DNA of 32,378 nucleotides from the NCBI RefSeq assembly GCF_006345805.1, contig NW_021829626.1, forward strand, positions 1 to 32,378. The letters run 5' to 3'. Shown here one piece after another: positions 12,669 to 24,352 of the stretch. The DNA is from Octopus sinensis. Taxonomy: Eukaryota. Position 1 is the first letter of the stretch. Each line of letters opens with the position of its first letter. The notes under the pieces are model-generated. The model was not told the origin of the DNA and did not search any database. It was given only the letters and a program-made list of their open reading frames with translations. The position numbers and the translations under genes were made by a program.

Positions 12669-12741
12669 AAAAAATATAGACGGTGCTCCAGCATGACCGC
12701 AGTCAAATGACTGAAACAATTGAAAGAATAAAAGACAAAAA

Positions 12742-12796
<55 letters not shown>

Positions 12797-12828
12797 ATAT
12801 ATATATATATATATATATAGATATATAT

Positions 12829-12867
<39 letters not shown>

Positions 12868-13667
12868 CATATACATACATCTATGTATATTATTATATAT
12901 ATAAAAATCCTTGTCTCTCTATCTGTTCCCAATGCATTCTCAAACGCCTGAACCAAATCAAATCAAATTATACATGGTAATACTATCATACCCCGGGAGT
13001 GTCAACGTATAATTTTTGGGGATTAAAACAATGCAGCATTAGCCCTGGTTCAGTATTACGTAACAAAACTCAAATAAAGGTTAAACCTTCGACGGAGTAA
13101 GTTATAAATAGTTTCACTTATATATTGTTTTACTTTTAATAGTTTTACTTTGAGTCTTTCACATTTAATAGATTCACCATGTATATAAATACATGCATGT
13201 ACACACAAACACACACACACACATATATGAATATACATGTATATATATATATATATGTATATCTTTGTATATATATTTATATATATATACCTATGTATAT
13301 ATATATATGAGTATATATATATATATATCTGTATACATATGTATATATATGTGTACATATATATTTATATATTTATGTATGTGTATATGTGTATATATAT
13401 GTATATATATATATGTGTGTGTGTGTGTAAATATATATATATATATTTGTATATATATATATGTGGGTGTATATACATATGTATATATGTATGTATGTAC
13501 GCATATAAATATATATATAATATATATATTATATATATACATGCATCTATATGTATATATGTATATATATATGTGATATATGTATATATGTATTATATGT
13601 GTATATATGTATATATGTATATATATGTGTATATATATATGTATATATATATATATACATGTATATA

Positions 13668-13704
<37 letters not shown>

Positions 13705-13845
13705 AATATATATGTATATATGTACATGTATATATATATGTTTATATATATATATACGTATGCGTATTATATATGTATATAAATTGCTATATATAAGTAT
13801 ATATATATATGTGTGTTTGTGCGTGTATTTTCATATATATGTATA

Positions 13846-15155
13846 CAGGGTGTTCAATTGAAAAGTTCACTCAATTGATTAACAGTCAAAATATTGGCTC
13901 TTTCTGATTGGCTCGCTATGCCAAATTGATTTTAGCCTTTTTGCAAGTATAACGCATTTATTCGAGTCTTCTTCTGGAGTCGTAATGTTGTTATCGGTGC
14001 AGCAAAGTTCATTTATTGTGGAATCTTATTTCAGATCACGACTTTTTATCAATTGGCGATGGATTTATTCCATTGACAATTGCGTTACCAATTTTAAGAG
14101 CAAATATCTAAATGGGCCTCCGCGAACAAAGCAGGTGATCAGTGTTCTGATTTAGGAAGACGGGCTCAGTTGTAAACAGGAAACACGTTCGCCGACTTAC
14201 CTCCTTTCTGATGATGTTGTGGAAGATATCTGTCAATGAATTCTTCGCAGTCCTAGGAAATCTGTGTGACGTTTGTCTCATGAAACTGGATTATCTGATG
14301 GCAGCTGCCATACTGCTCTTCGCAAATTACTGAAATTGTACCCATACCGTATGTGTTCTTTATATGAACTTATTCCTGCTGATTTTACCAAAAGATTGGA
14401 TTACTGCAAATGGTTTCAAGAAAACATGGATGAAAACCAACTCGAACTTCTTCAATGATGAGGTTTGGATTCTCCTATCGGGATACCTAAATTCGCAAAA
14501 CACTCGCATCTGGAGTGCTGTCAATCCTCATGAGTTTGTCGAATCACCCTCACATGCAGTGAAGATTGGTGTATGGATGGCTATCAGCAGGCGAAGAATA
14601 GTAGGACTGATTTTTTCCCCCAAGAAACCTTGAATTCGGAACGTTATTGTGAGATAATTGATCAGTTTGTTGAGCAGCTAACTGAGAATGAAAAAAGTAA
14701 TGCATGGCTTCAATAGGACTCAGCAACATGTCATGTTAAAAAACCCACACTTTGTTTCACTTACGACAAACTTTTGAACACAGGTTGATCACGAAAGGCC
14801 TCTGGCCACCCAGATCGCCAGACTTAATGCCTCTCGATTTCTATTTATTCGGTTATATCAAGGACGCTGTGTTTGCAAAGAATCCGCATACACTTGATGA
14901 ACTGTGTATGGATATTACAGGATATTGTCAAAAAATATCCTACGTGAAGTTTTGATTAATGTGTTCCAGAACAATCGTCGTCGTGTTGACTTGTCTACAA
15001 CGTGGAGGCCAACAATTTCAACACATTTTGTAACCAGTTTGACGTTGTAACTTTTAAATCAGCATGTTAATAAAAGTAGGTTTGTCCATAATATTGCACA
15101 TTCTTTATAACTATTAATAAATACAATTGAGTCAACTTTTAAATTGAACACCCTG
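13846..15155 (+). mobile_element. Full-length, inactive Tc1/mariner-superfamily DNA transposon (rosa/DD41D-related), 1310 bp
   Basis: 32-bp TIRs CAGGGTGTTCAATTGAAAAGTTCACTCAATTG (13846-13877) and 15124-15155 with 2 mismatches. TA on both sides. Contains a transposase remnant. Confidence 0.95.
13985..15033 (+). pseudogene. Disrupted DDD transposase
   Basis: MLLSVQQSSFIVESYFRS, FNDEVWILLSGYLNSQNTRIW, WLQ*DSATCH, WPPRSPDLMPLDFYLFGYIK and RGGQQFQHIL* lie in different frames. Confidence 0.92.
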
Positions 15156-15284
15156 TATATATGTATGTATGTATAATATATATATATATAAGATATATAT
15201 ATATATATGTATATTCTGTACGTGTATATATATGTTTATATGTAAATACGTATATATATATATATTATATATATATATAATATA

Positions 15285-15315
<31 letters not shown>

Positions 15316-15753
15316 ATAATATATATATGTATATGTATATATTATATATGCATATGTAAATATATATGTATATATATGTATATATATATATAATATATTA
15401 TAATATATATATATATATATATTATATAATGTATGTATACATACATACAAACATATATATATGTATATATATAATATATACGTATTTACATATAAACATA
15501 TATATATACATGTACATATATATATACATATACATATATTTATATACATATATATCTATATAATAATATAAAGAGTATATAAATATATGCATATATACAT
15601 AGATATATGTACATACCTACATATATATGTATAATATACATGCATATATGGGTACAGGACATCAAAAAAATGTTGACCACAATGAGAACGAAAACATAAA
15701 AACAAAAACATAAAACGAACTTTTTGTCACTGTTTCATCTACTCCACGTTTCG

Positions 15754-15814
<61 letters not shown>

Positions 15815-15859
15815 ATTATATATATTTTTATATATATATGTATATATATATATATATAG

Positions 15860-15891
<32 letters not shown>

Positions 15892-15924
15892 TAATATATA
15901 TATATATATATATAAATATCTATG

Positions 15925-15968
<44 letters not shown>

Positions 15969-16234
15969 TCTATGTATTACATATATTATATATATACTTT
16001 TATATATATATATATATATAATATATATACATATATATACATATATATACATATACATATATATATTACATATACATAATATGAATGTATATGTACATAC
16101 ACACACAACATATAGTCATACATGCACACACAGACACACATACGTGTGTATGTATAAATTGCGTATATATTCTTTCACCTCCAACTCTCTGTATATATCT
16201 GTATATATGTATAAATACAAATATATATATATAT

Positions 16235-16526
16235 AAACAATTGCAACGTGGAAGGTGTTTAGAAGCCATTTAAAAACTCACAAAAACCGTTAGATTCACT
16301 TCAACATTTAAATTTAATTTGCCAAAATATTTTCGTCGCTTTGTGACTGCGACCTGTTCACTGACAAAATATCGTGCCGCATCTTACGGAATTTTGTCAC
16401 TGAGCAAGTCGTTGTATCTAAGCGACGAAAATATTTTGACAAATCAAATTTAAATGTTGAAGTGAATCTAATGGTTTTTGTGTGTTTTTAAATGGTTTAT
16501 AAACACCTTCCATGCTGTAATTGTTT
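16235..16526. repeat. Inverted-repeat element (~141-bp arms) with a hammerhead-like fold in each arm
   Basis: 16235-16375 is the reverse complement of 16386-16526 with scattered mismatches. Confidence 0.9.
16318..16369 (-). ncRNA. Minimal type-I hammerhead-like ribozyme, G3:C8 core variant
   Basis: Minus strand reads UUUGUCA-GUGAACA-G-GUCGC(agucacaaa)GCGAC-GAAA-AUAU-UU-UGGCAAA: stem I, core, stem II, GAAA, palindromic stem III. Confidence 0.55.
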
Positions 16527-17021
16527 TTGTTTCAGCACACGATCTCAGATCAAAGTTTAATATAGTTTATAATATATCTGTAGCATATATTTGTCTGTGT
16601 ATATGTGTGTGCATGTGCAATATATATATATATATATTATATTTTATATTTTCTTTTTGTAGCATATTTCTACTATATATATATGTATGTATATATATAG
16701 AAATATATATAGATATATGTATGCATGTATATATATTCGTTATTATTGCTCATGCGAGAGCGGGTTACGATGTGTTTACTAGTTATATATGTATATTCTT
16801 TTATACGTTTTCGCCTAAAAGGACCATGCTGGAGTACTGTATAATCGATACATACATATGTATGTATGTAAGTATAAAGAGTAAATACTTTCGGCGATGA
16901 GTGATTATGGGATTGCATTCGTCTGACTGTGCAACATTTGAGATAACGTCGAATGTCAAGTATTATTAATGTTAAAGTATAATGAATATGTGCTCCAAAG
17001 AAAGTATCGAGAACTCCTTCA

Positions 17022-17127
17022 TTTTAGTGTAAAATTGTTTTTTATTGTAACTATTGTTTTTTTAGTGTAAAATTGTTTTTTTATTGTAACTATTGTTTTT
17101 TAGTGTAAAATTGTTTTTATTGTAACT
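17022..17127. repeat. Minisatellite, ~39-bp unit, about 2.7 copies
   Basis: TTTTAGTGTAAAATTGTTTTTTATTGTAACTATTGTTTT repeated. Confidence 0.9.
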
Positions 17128-17130
17128 CAG

Positions 17131-17282
17131 AGGCGCCGAGCTGGTTAAAATTCTTAACACGCCGGACCAAATGCTTGGCGGTATTTCGTCCGTCTTTACT
17201 TTCTGTCTTCAAATACCGCCAATGTCAACTTTGCTTTTCATCCTTTAGGGGTCGAAGTAATCAACTAGTCCCTTCCCCACAA
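17131..17282 (+). mobile_element. tRNA-derived SINE (family A)
   Basis: GGCGCCGAGCTGG head, GGTATTTCGTCCGTCTTTAC and CTTTTCATCCTTT motifs as in other copies. Confidence 0.8.
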
Positions 17283-17317
17283 AATAGTATTATCACTCAA
17301 TAAAAGCAAACATTTAT

Positions 17318-17400
<83 letters not shown>

Positions 17401-17558
17401 AACACACATATGTTAGAGAGAGGGAGAATTTTATAAAGGTTTGACTCAGCTCCATGTTATTAAATATTATATGCAACCCCTACCTAATGCTTCGAGTATC
17501 AATGCCCTTCGTTTTCCCATTCAATCGTGTGTGTATGTATGTATGTATGTATGTATAT

Positions 17559-17637
17559 AAAGGAATAGCCATAAGTTGCTTTACCTATTTCTTTATTTTT
17601 TTTTAAATGGGTAAAGCGACTTATGGCTATCCCTGTA
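17559..17637. mobile_element. Tiny Tc1/mariner-type MITE (~78 bp)
   Basis: ~30-bp TIRs ATAGCCATAAGTTGCTTTACC / GGTAAAGCGACTTATGGCTATCCCTG, then TA, within TA repeats. Confidence 0.75.
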
Positions 17638-17727
17638 TATATATATATATATATATATAATATATCATAATTGAACTTTAAATCCACAAGTTTGTGTTTT
17701 ATTCTCTCTCTGTTCTTTCCTCGTGTT

Positions 17728-17765
17728 CCTTTCTGTTGAAGACCATAGGCTCGAAACGTAAAAGG
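17728..17765 (+). ncRNA. Degenerate minimal hammerhead-like motif (A6U core) in a Penelope-like terminal repeat
   Basis: CCUUU-CUGUUGA-A-GACC(auag)GCUC-GAAA-CG-UA-AAAGG. Perfect 5-bp stem I, one mismatch in stem II, palindromic ACGU stem III. Confidence 0.5.
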
Positions 17766-17889
17766 CTTTCTCACCTTCGCGAGCGTCAAACTAATACCTC
17801 TGTTTGTTGTGTAAACACCTGTCTTCGTCTTATGTGTTTCTATAAATTTCAACTATATGTTTTTCTATAAATTTCAACTATATATAGAA

Positions 17890-18125
17890 CAGATCGATTC
17901 CAGGTTTATTTTTTAAAGCCTAATACCTATTTTACCGGTCTTTTTTTGGGGACATAAATACACCAACATCGGTTTTCAAGCGGTGATGGTGGTGACAAGC
18001 ACAGGCGCGCACACACACACACACATACAAACACACAAACATTAATATATACATACATATGCGACAGGCTTCTTTCAGTTTCCGTCCTCGAAATTCACTC
18101 ATAAGGCTTTGGTCGATCCGTGCCT
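17890..18125 (-). mobile_element. SINE family B, partial
   Basis: Shares CGACAGGCTTCTTTCAGTTTCCGTC and CACC(A)ACATCGGTT with 20185-20613. Confidence 0.8.
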
Positions 18126-18247
18126 ACATACAGTTCATTGATTAATATATTCTTCTATACACATCGTTCAAACTCATATATATGTATAGTTTATATATAT
18201 ATATTATATATATAATATATTATATATATATATATATATATATTATA

Positions 18248-18288
<41 letters not shown>

Positions 18289-18596
18289 TATATATTTATA
18301 CATATACATATCTGAGTTTGAACGATTGTGTTTAGAAGAATATATTTATCAATGAACTTCCGATTAAGCCTGATTTTCACGTTTTATTATTTGCAATTTT
18401 TACAATAATATATGATATGCATAAATACTTAACACACACACACACACACATAGACACACACACACACATAGACAACACACACACACACACACGTATGTAT
18501 ATATATACATATATACACACACACATATATATATATACATGTGTGTATGTATATATATTTAAGTATACATACATACATACATAATACATACATGCA

Positions 18597-18645
<49 letters not shown>

Positions 18646-18796
18646 CATACTATATTATATTATTGTAAAAGTTGCAAATAATAAAATGTGAAAACCAGCC
18701 TTAGTTGGAATTTTACTGATTAATATATTATATATTAATATATTATATATTATATATTATATATACTGATTAATATATTATATAAACATTTTTAAA

Positions 18797-18972
18797 ATTA
18801 AAGCTGCAAAAACATCACAAAAATCGTTACTTAGAGTTTCACATTCTTGTTCGTCGGACAGTAGTGATCAAGTTTGAAATAAAATTTTATTCCACTCTTG
18901 ATCACAACTGTTCGACGAACGGGAACGTGAAACTCTGAGTAACAGTTTTTGTGATGTTTTTGCAGCTTTAAT
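18797..18972. repeat. Loop-less palindromic element (88-bp arms) with a hammerhead-like fold in each arm
   Basis: Centre AATAAAA|TTTTATT at 18884/18885. Outer arms ATTAAAGCTGCAAAAACATCACAAAAA and its complement. Confidence 0.9.
18906..18947 (+). ncRNA. Minimal type-I hammerhead-like ribozyme, U4C core variant
   Basis: AACUGU-UCGACGA-ACG(ggaa)CGU-GAAA-CUC(u)GAG-UA-ACAGUU. The mirror copy on - has core CCGACGA. Confidence 0.55.
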
Positions 18973-19146
18973 GGGAAAAAAAAGCATATTACTCTATCTC
19001 CGATATTCGAGTACTATTTTTTGCGCCTTGTATTGCATTTATGTGTTTATTTATGTGTGTGTGCGTGTATATATATATATATATATATACATACACACAC
19101 ACAACACACACACCACACACACACACATATATATTATATATTATAT

Positions 19147-19197
<51 letters not shown>

Positions 19198-19273
19198 GTG
19201 CGTGTGTGTGTATGTATATATATGTATATAAAAGATAGATAGATATGTATTTATGTGTGTGTATGTCTGTATG

Positions 19274-19307
<34 letters not shown>

Positions 19308-20184
19308 CTGATATCAACAAGAATGAAGAAATTCGCATTTTTAATTGATTATATCATACATAATTTTATTCTTTCGATATCAACTGACGTCATTACGAGT
19401 TTTGGTTTTTCTGAGAATATTGTTTTTCTCGAATGTTCTTTTTGTATGCGTTCATGTATCATATATGTTCTTTTCAGTTTGCTTTGAATTGAACTTGCTT
19501 TGGGTTACCTTGATAATATTGTGTAAGCATAAACTTTGGAATATATTAGTTTAACGGAAATAATTTTTACGTTTTATCTATATCTAAATATACTGGCACA
19601 GTATAAGCGATCGTCAATAGTAGATGGTGTAACCATCAATGAAAGATGTAATATCTCAATTCTTATTCATATTGTTATACATTCAGGATTTCTTGAATTT
19701 CTTTTAAGCGATATTTAGATTTACTTATCATATACGAGGAATTACCTGGAATGTTAATTCTATTTGAATCTATAGGTATCTGATATTTTGATGTAGTTGA
19801 CCAAGTTCGCTTAATTTCATGTTTTCTAGATAACTGCTTGAATTTATTAATCCACCTTTTTGCTGATTTGAAATCTGAAAACAAAATGACATTAATTGAT
19901 AGGGAATCTGAAAGAGAAGGGTATTTACTTTTAAGAAGTTGGGAATAAATTTATTGAGCTAATGTATCTGTTTAAAGAAATATCACTTTAAACATTGTTA
20001 GCGCTCAAAAAGAACAATGGTCATATGATTTGTTCTGTTTGACATCGTCAGGATAGAACAGTATCACGGATGCCGCAGATCTGTAAGCTGATTTTGTTAC
20101 AAAATGAATAAAAAATGATTTTTTTTAGCCTAATCTGCTTTTCATGTTCCCGCAGTTTCAAAATTATTATACTCTTTACTCTTT

Positions 20185-20393
20185 TACTCTTTTACTTGTT
20201 TCAGTCATTTGACTGCGGCCATACAGGAGCACCGCCTTTTAGTCGAGCAACTCGACCCCGGGACTTATTCTTTGTAAGCCCAGTACTTATTCTATCGGTC
20301 TCTGTTGCCGAACCGCTAAGTGACGGGGATGTAAACACACCAGCATCGGTTGTCAAGCAATGCTAGGGGACAAATACAGACACACAAACATAT

Positions 20394-20448
<55 letters not shown>

Positions 20449-20613
20449 TACGACAGGCTTCTTTCAGTTTCCGTCTACCAAATCAACTCACAAGGCATTG
20501 GTCGGCCCGAGGCTATAGCAGAAGACACTTGCCCAAGATGCCACGCAGTGGGAATGAACCCGGAACCATGTGGTTGGTAAGCAAGCTACTTACCACACAG
20601 CCACTCCTGCGCC
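20185..20613 (-). mobile_element. Full-length tRNA-derived SINE (family B) with an internal CA/TA microsatellite
   Basis: Minus-strand head GGCGCAGGAGTGGCTGTGTGGTAAG with B-box-like GGGTTCATTCCC. Other copies at 12670-12740, 17890-18125, 24420-24583, 26005-26310, 26378-26743 and 27545-27760. Confidence 0.9.
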
Positions 20614-20724
20614 TATAATAATATTTAAAATAATATATATAATAATATATTATAATATATAAAATAAACATAAAAACAACAAAAATGAGCAACAAACAAA
20701 CGTTGGAGCATAATTAGTATATTA

Positions 20725-20861
20725 TGTACAATTGACGGAAATTTGTCCTCATCCTATTTGTTGTTAACATAACGTTTCGGCTGATATGCCCTCTAGCCTT
20801 CATCAGGTTTCTTGGGGAAATTTCGAGCCTGGATTCTCATTACTAAGGTATTTTTCGATGC

Positions 20862-20908
<47 letters not shown>

Positions 20909-20980
20909 TCACTGCCTGGAATCGAACGCGGAATCTTGGGGTTAGTAACACGCTCTCTTAACCACTACGCCATATGCCCA
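20725..20980 (-). mobile_element. tRNA-headed short element carrying a hammerhead ribozyme core (SINE/retrozyme-like)
   Basis: Minus strand: A-box TGGCGTAGTGG, B-box GCGTTCGATTCC, (AAT)n, then CTGATGA-A-GGCT...AGCC-GAAACGTT at 20766-20812. The body is homologous to both arms of 24853-25150. Confidence 0.75.
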
Positions 20981-22479
20981 TGGGCATATGGCGTAGTGGT
21001 TAAGAGCAAAGAAAATAACCCCAAAAGGCCAATAACATAAATAAAGCTAATGGGTAATGTACTAAATGCCGCACACAATAGATTTTGTAAATTTATTGAA
21101 TTTACTTTCTGAACTGGAAACCGACATAAGGGCATATGTTAATACAGTCGGTGTATTCATATTCTTTCTATGACACAATGGGAAATTCAATGAATTGAAT
21201 CTTTATTGTAAAAGAAGTTTCAGGATATCACTTTTTAAACTTAACTAACCAAATACATGCCATCAACACCTCCTCCTCCTCCCCCCCCCTCCTCCTCCTC
21301 CTCCTCCTCCTCCTCCTCCTTTTTTAAAACTCTATCATATCTCGGATTCTAGACGCTATTTTCTCGAATAATTAAGAAGCTTCCTTCGCAACCATGAGTT
21401 TAAAGATATAGTCACATTTCCTATAGTCTCGCGCCAATCAATACCTTGTAAGTAAGATTATATTGACGGAAATTGTATAGAAGCTCTTTGTATAGAATTA
21501 CATGGATTGCACCTGTAATTCAGAGGTACAACATTGTTACTGTGTTACGCTGATTCTTCCTGAGAATTACATTAAAGTTACGCACATGTCTCTGGAATGC
21601 TCTGATTAATTCAGTAGATTGAACGAATTAATTATCATCGAATGACGAAAAAGCATTCATCCATCCACAAGATTTTGTTGCTCTTTCTAACATAGATGCT
21701 CCTTCGTTAACTCGACCTCTATAATGAAGGCTAATGAAGCAGAGGACATGACGCACAAATATCAATAATAATCTCAGTTATTGACCTCAACTCATTCAAG
21801 AGTAAATATTCCAAGGACGCAACTCAATTTGTTAGACATCAATTAAACTCTATATTATTAACAACAAAAGCAATAAACACGAAAAAGGGCAAAAGAAACT
21901 TAGAACAAAATCTTCAAAGGAAATCTTCAGTATCATTGCGTTGTTGAACCTAATCTCAAGCTAAACGTGGCTAATTGCAGATAATTTTAATTACAAAATC
22001 TCATTATATGAATAATTGTATTGCGGGTGTGTGATGCATATTTGAATGAGTGTATATGTTATGTTTGGCTTCGTAGGTATGTTTTAGTATGTGTATCTCG
22101 CTAGTATGCAGTATCAATGACTATTGTTAAACAAAATTAGATTAATAAAGTCATAAAGATAGCGTATTTCAGTTGTTGAAACAGTTATTGTAGCTATTGT
22201 GCAATCCCACATCAAACCTTTTCGCACAAGCCGTGATTAAGCTCATTCTGGCTTCTATCTTTTATTTTTAGTCTATATACTGTAAACTAAGCTGCCCAGA
22301 ATGAAAATATTAGCAACTCTTATCTTTATACAGTGTGCATTAAATGATATGAATGTATGTATGATTTTTCTTTGAGTTTTATTTAAGTTGCACTTGGGAG
22401 AGTTCAAGCCTATTACTAACAAAGCGACAAGACATTTTGAGTCAAGAGAGTTCACGGTGTTTGTAAATATGTGGTTGAG

Positions 22480-22820
22480 TTAGTGTGTTGGTTGACATGT
22501 CGATACATACACCCAAGTGTGTCCATCTATTCACATAAGAATCTCAGATGGAGAATTTTTCTCCTCCAATCTTCTGTTTAGGTAGGCCAGTCCAGGCTCC
22601 TTTGGGTCGCATGAGACAGTTGTATTCTAAGAGTGCCTGCACGGTAATTCTTCTCCAACTCTGAAGATGTTGTTGATCTCACTTTTGAGTATGTATGGAA
22701 TGTACTTATTTCTTTCTTTACTGTTCACATTGTCTAAATGATACAGTGCGGCATTCAAAACCTGTTTGGACTGGCCTTATGCCTCTGCTGCCATCACTTT
22801 GTTTCACATAAATCCCATCG
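22480..22820 (-). mobile_element. Old R4/Dong-like LINE fragment (post-RT region)
   Basis: Minus-strand DGIYVKQSDGSRGIRPVQTGFECR resembles the RLY..R..GGRGL motif that follows RT in this clade. Heavily decayed, and the left boundary is approximate. Confidence 0.55.
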
Positions 22821-23299
22821 GTATGTATGTATGTATGAATGTATGTATGTATGTATGTATGTATGTATGTATGTATGTATGTATGCATGCATGCATGAAT
22901 ATGTGTGCGCGCGCGCGCGCGCGTGTGTGTCTGTGTGTGTGCGTGCGTGCGCACGCTACAGCCCATTGTTTTGAGGTAATTCTACTCTGTAGTACGTATT
23001 TATAGCGAGATTAAGAGCTAACTATTTCGGTTATGAAAACACAAAACAGGTGTATGGTAGTGTGCCTAGAAAACAAGAAATAAAAACTAAGGTTCTTAAA
23101 GTGATTAGCTTCTTGTGATATTTAGTTACACATGTTATGTTTTGAGTTCAAGTCTTTCCGAGCTCAATTTTATCTCACCACTGTAAAGAGGATTAAAATT
23201 GTACCGCTCGGGCAATGAGGTCGATGCAATAAGTTATACCGTAGCAGAACAGAATGTTCCCGCATTAAAAATGAGTACTGTTTCATGCCCGTAAGGATA

Positions 23300-23522
23300 A
23301 CGTGTTGGCAGAATCAGTAGAGCATGGGACAAAATGAGTTGCTATATTTAGATACAATCCTTTACGTTTTGAGTTCAAATCTCACTGAAGCCAATTTTGC
23401 ATTTCATTCTTCCAGCGTTGTTAAAAAGCTGTACCAATCAAGTATTGGGACCGCTTTAATATGTTGGGACTAGCTCATCACAACAAATGTCTGGTCTTGT
23501 ACCTATGTTAGATACGATTATT
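23300..23522 (+). mobile_element. Diverged SINE (family A-related), with a more decayed copy at about 23130-23260
   Basis: TTGGCAGAATC, TTTACGTTTTGAGTTCAAAT and GTACCA motifs shared with family A. Confidence 0.7.
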
Positions 23523-23898
23523 TCATGCTCGACCGTAATGTTTGGTGAAAACGGCACCGTAACTTCGATATTGTAATATAGCATCAGAGTAAATTTTTTC
23601 TCCGATGCTTGATTGTCAATGTTTAGGTGTCCTTCTCACCCTCTCTCACATTTTTCTCTTCTTATCTTTCTCTCTGTACTAATTTTCCTCTCTTTACCAG
23701 CCATCTCCTAGACCTATTAATACAGGTGAAAAGATTTATTGATAATATTCCAGAGAACACAAAGCTCTAATCTCATTTATAGAGTATAATTTTAAATATT
23801 CCCGTGTTTTATAGTTTTAAAAAATGTGCTCAAAAAAAAATAATAATAATAACTCTATGGGCAAGAGCTCGCATAAATAAGTTAATCGTGATATATTA

Positions 23899-24304
23899 CA
23901 GAGTTTCCCAACAACCGGGCTGTGGACGTGTACCGGGCCGCACAGGAAGAATACTTTTCAAAATTTTATTTGTATTTTATTGACTATCGGAGTCTGCAGT
24001 ATATTTTTGTATTATATATATTTATATATATATTTGTATAGTAGAAAGGGTTTAGGCCACTGGTGATATACTGCCGGTACCCTGTGTGAGTGCTCTAACT
24101 GATAAGCTACTAGGATCCAAGTTCATAACGGGGGCTGGGGGTTGGGGATCCGTAGCCTGCTTCCGAGTCAACGGGTATAAATTAAAGGAAGAGGAAAAAT
24201 AAAACAAAGGGAAAACAAGTTTATCAAATCATTTAAATTATTTTAATTATGCTAATGGTGAATCGAAGTAAAAATAAATAATTATGTTAATTAACAGCAT
24301 TATT

Positions 24305-24352
<48 letters not shown>

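Noticed and set aside
12895-13185. Helitron-like 5' end plus a mariner-like terminus
   Set aside because: Resemblance only, and no partner ends could be matched with confidence.
15650-15754. Repeat fragment with TCGAAACGTGGAG on the - strand, possibly a truncated hammerhead
   Set aside because: Only the GAAACGT half is present, so it cannot be supported.
17022-17127. CRISPR-like array
   Set aside because: Head-to-tail minisatellite with no unique spacers, in eukaryotic DNA.
20905-20980. Functional tRNA gene
   Set aside because: A and B boxes are present but the acceptor stem does not pair and it runs into a repeat body. Treated as a SINE head.
21268-21320. (CCT)n tract as a functional G4 or triplex element
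   Set aside because: An ordinary simple repeat in a microsatellite-rich genome.
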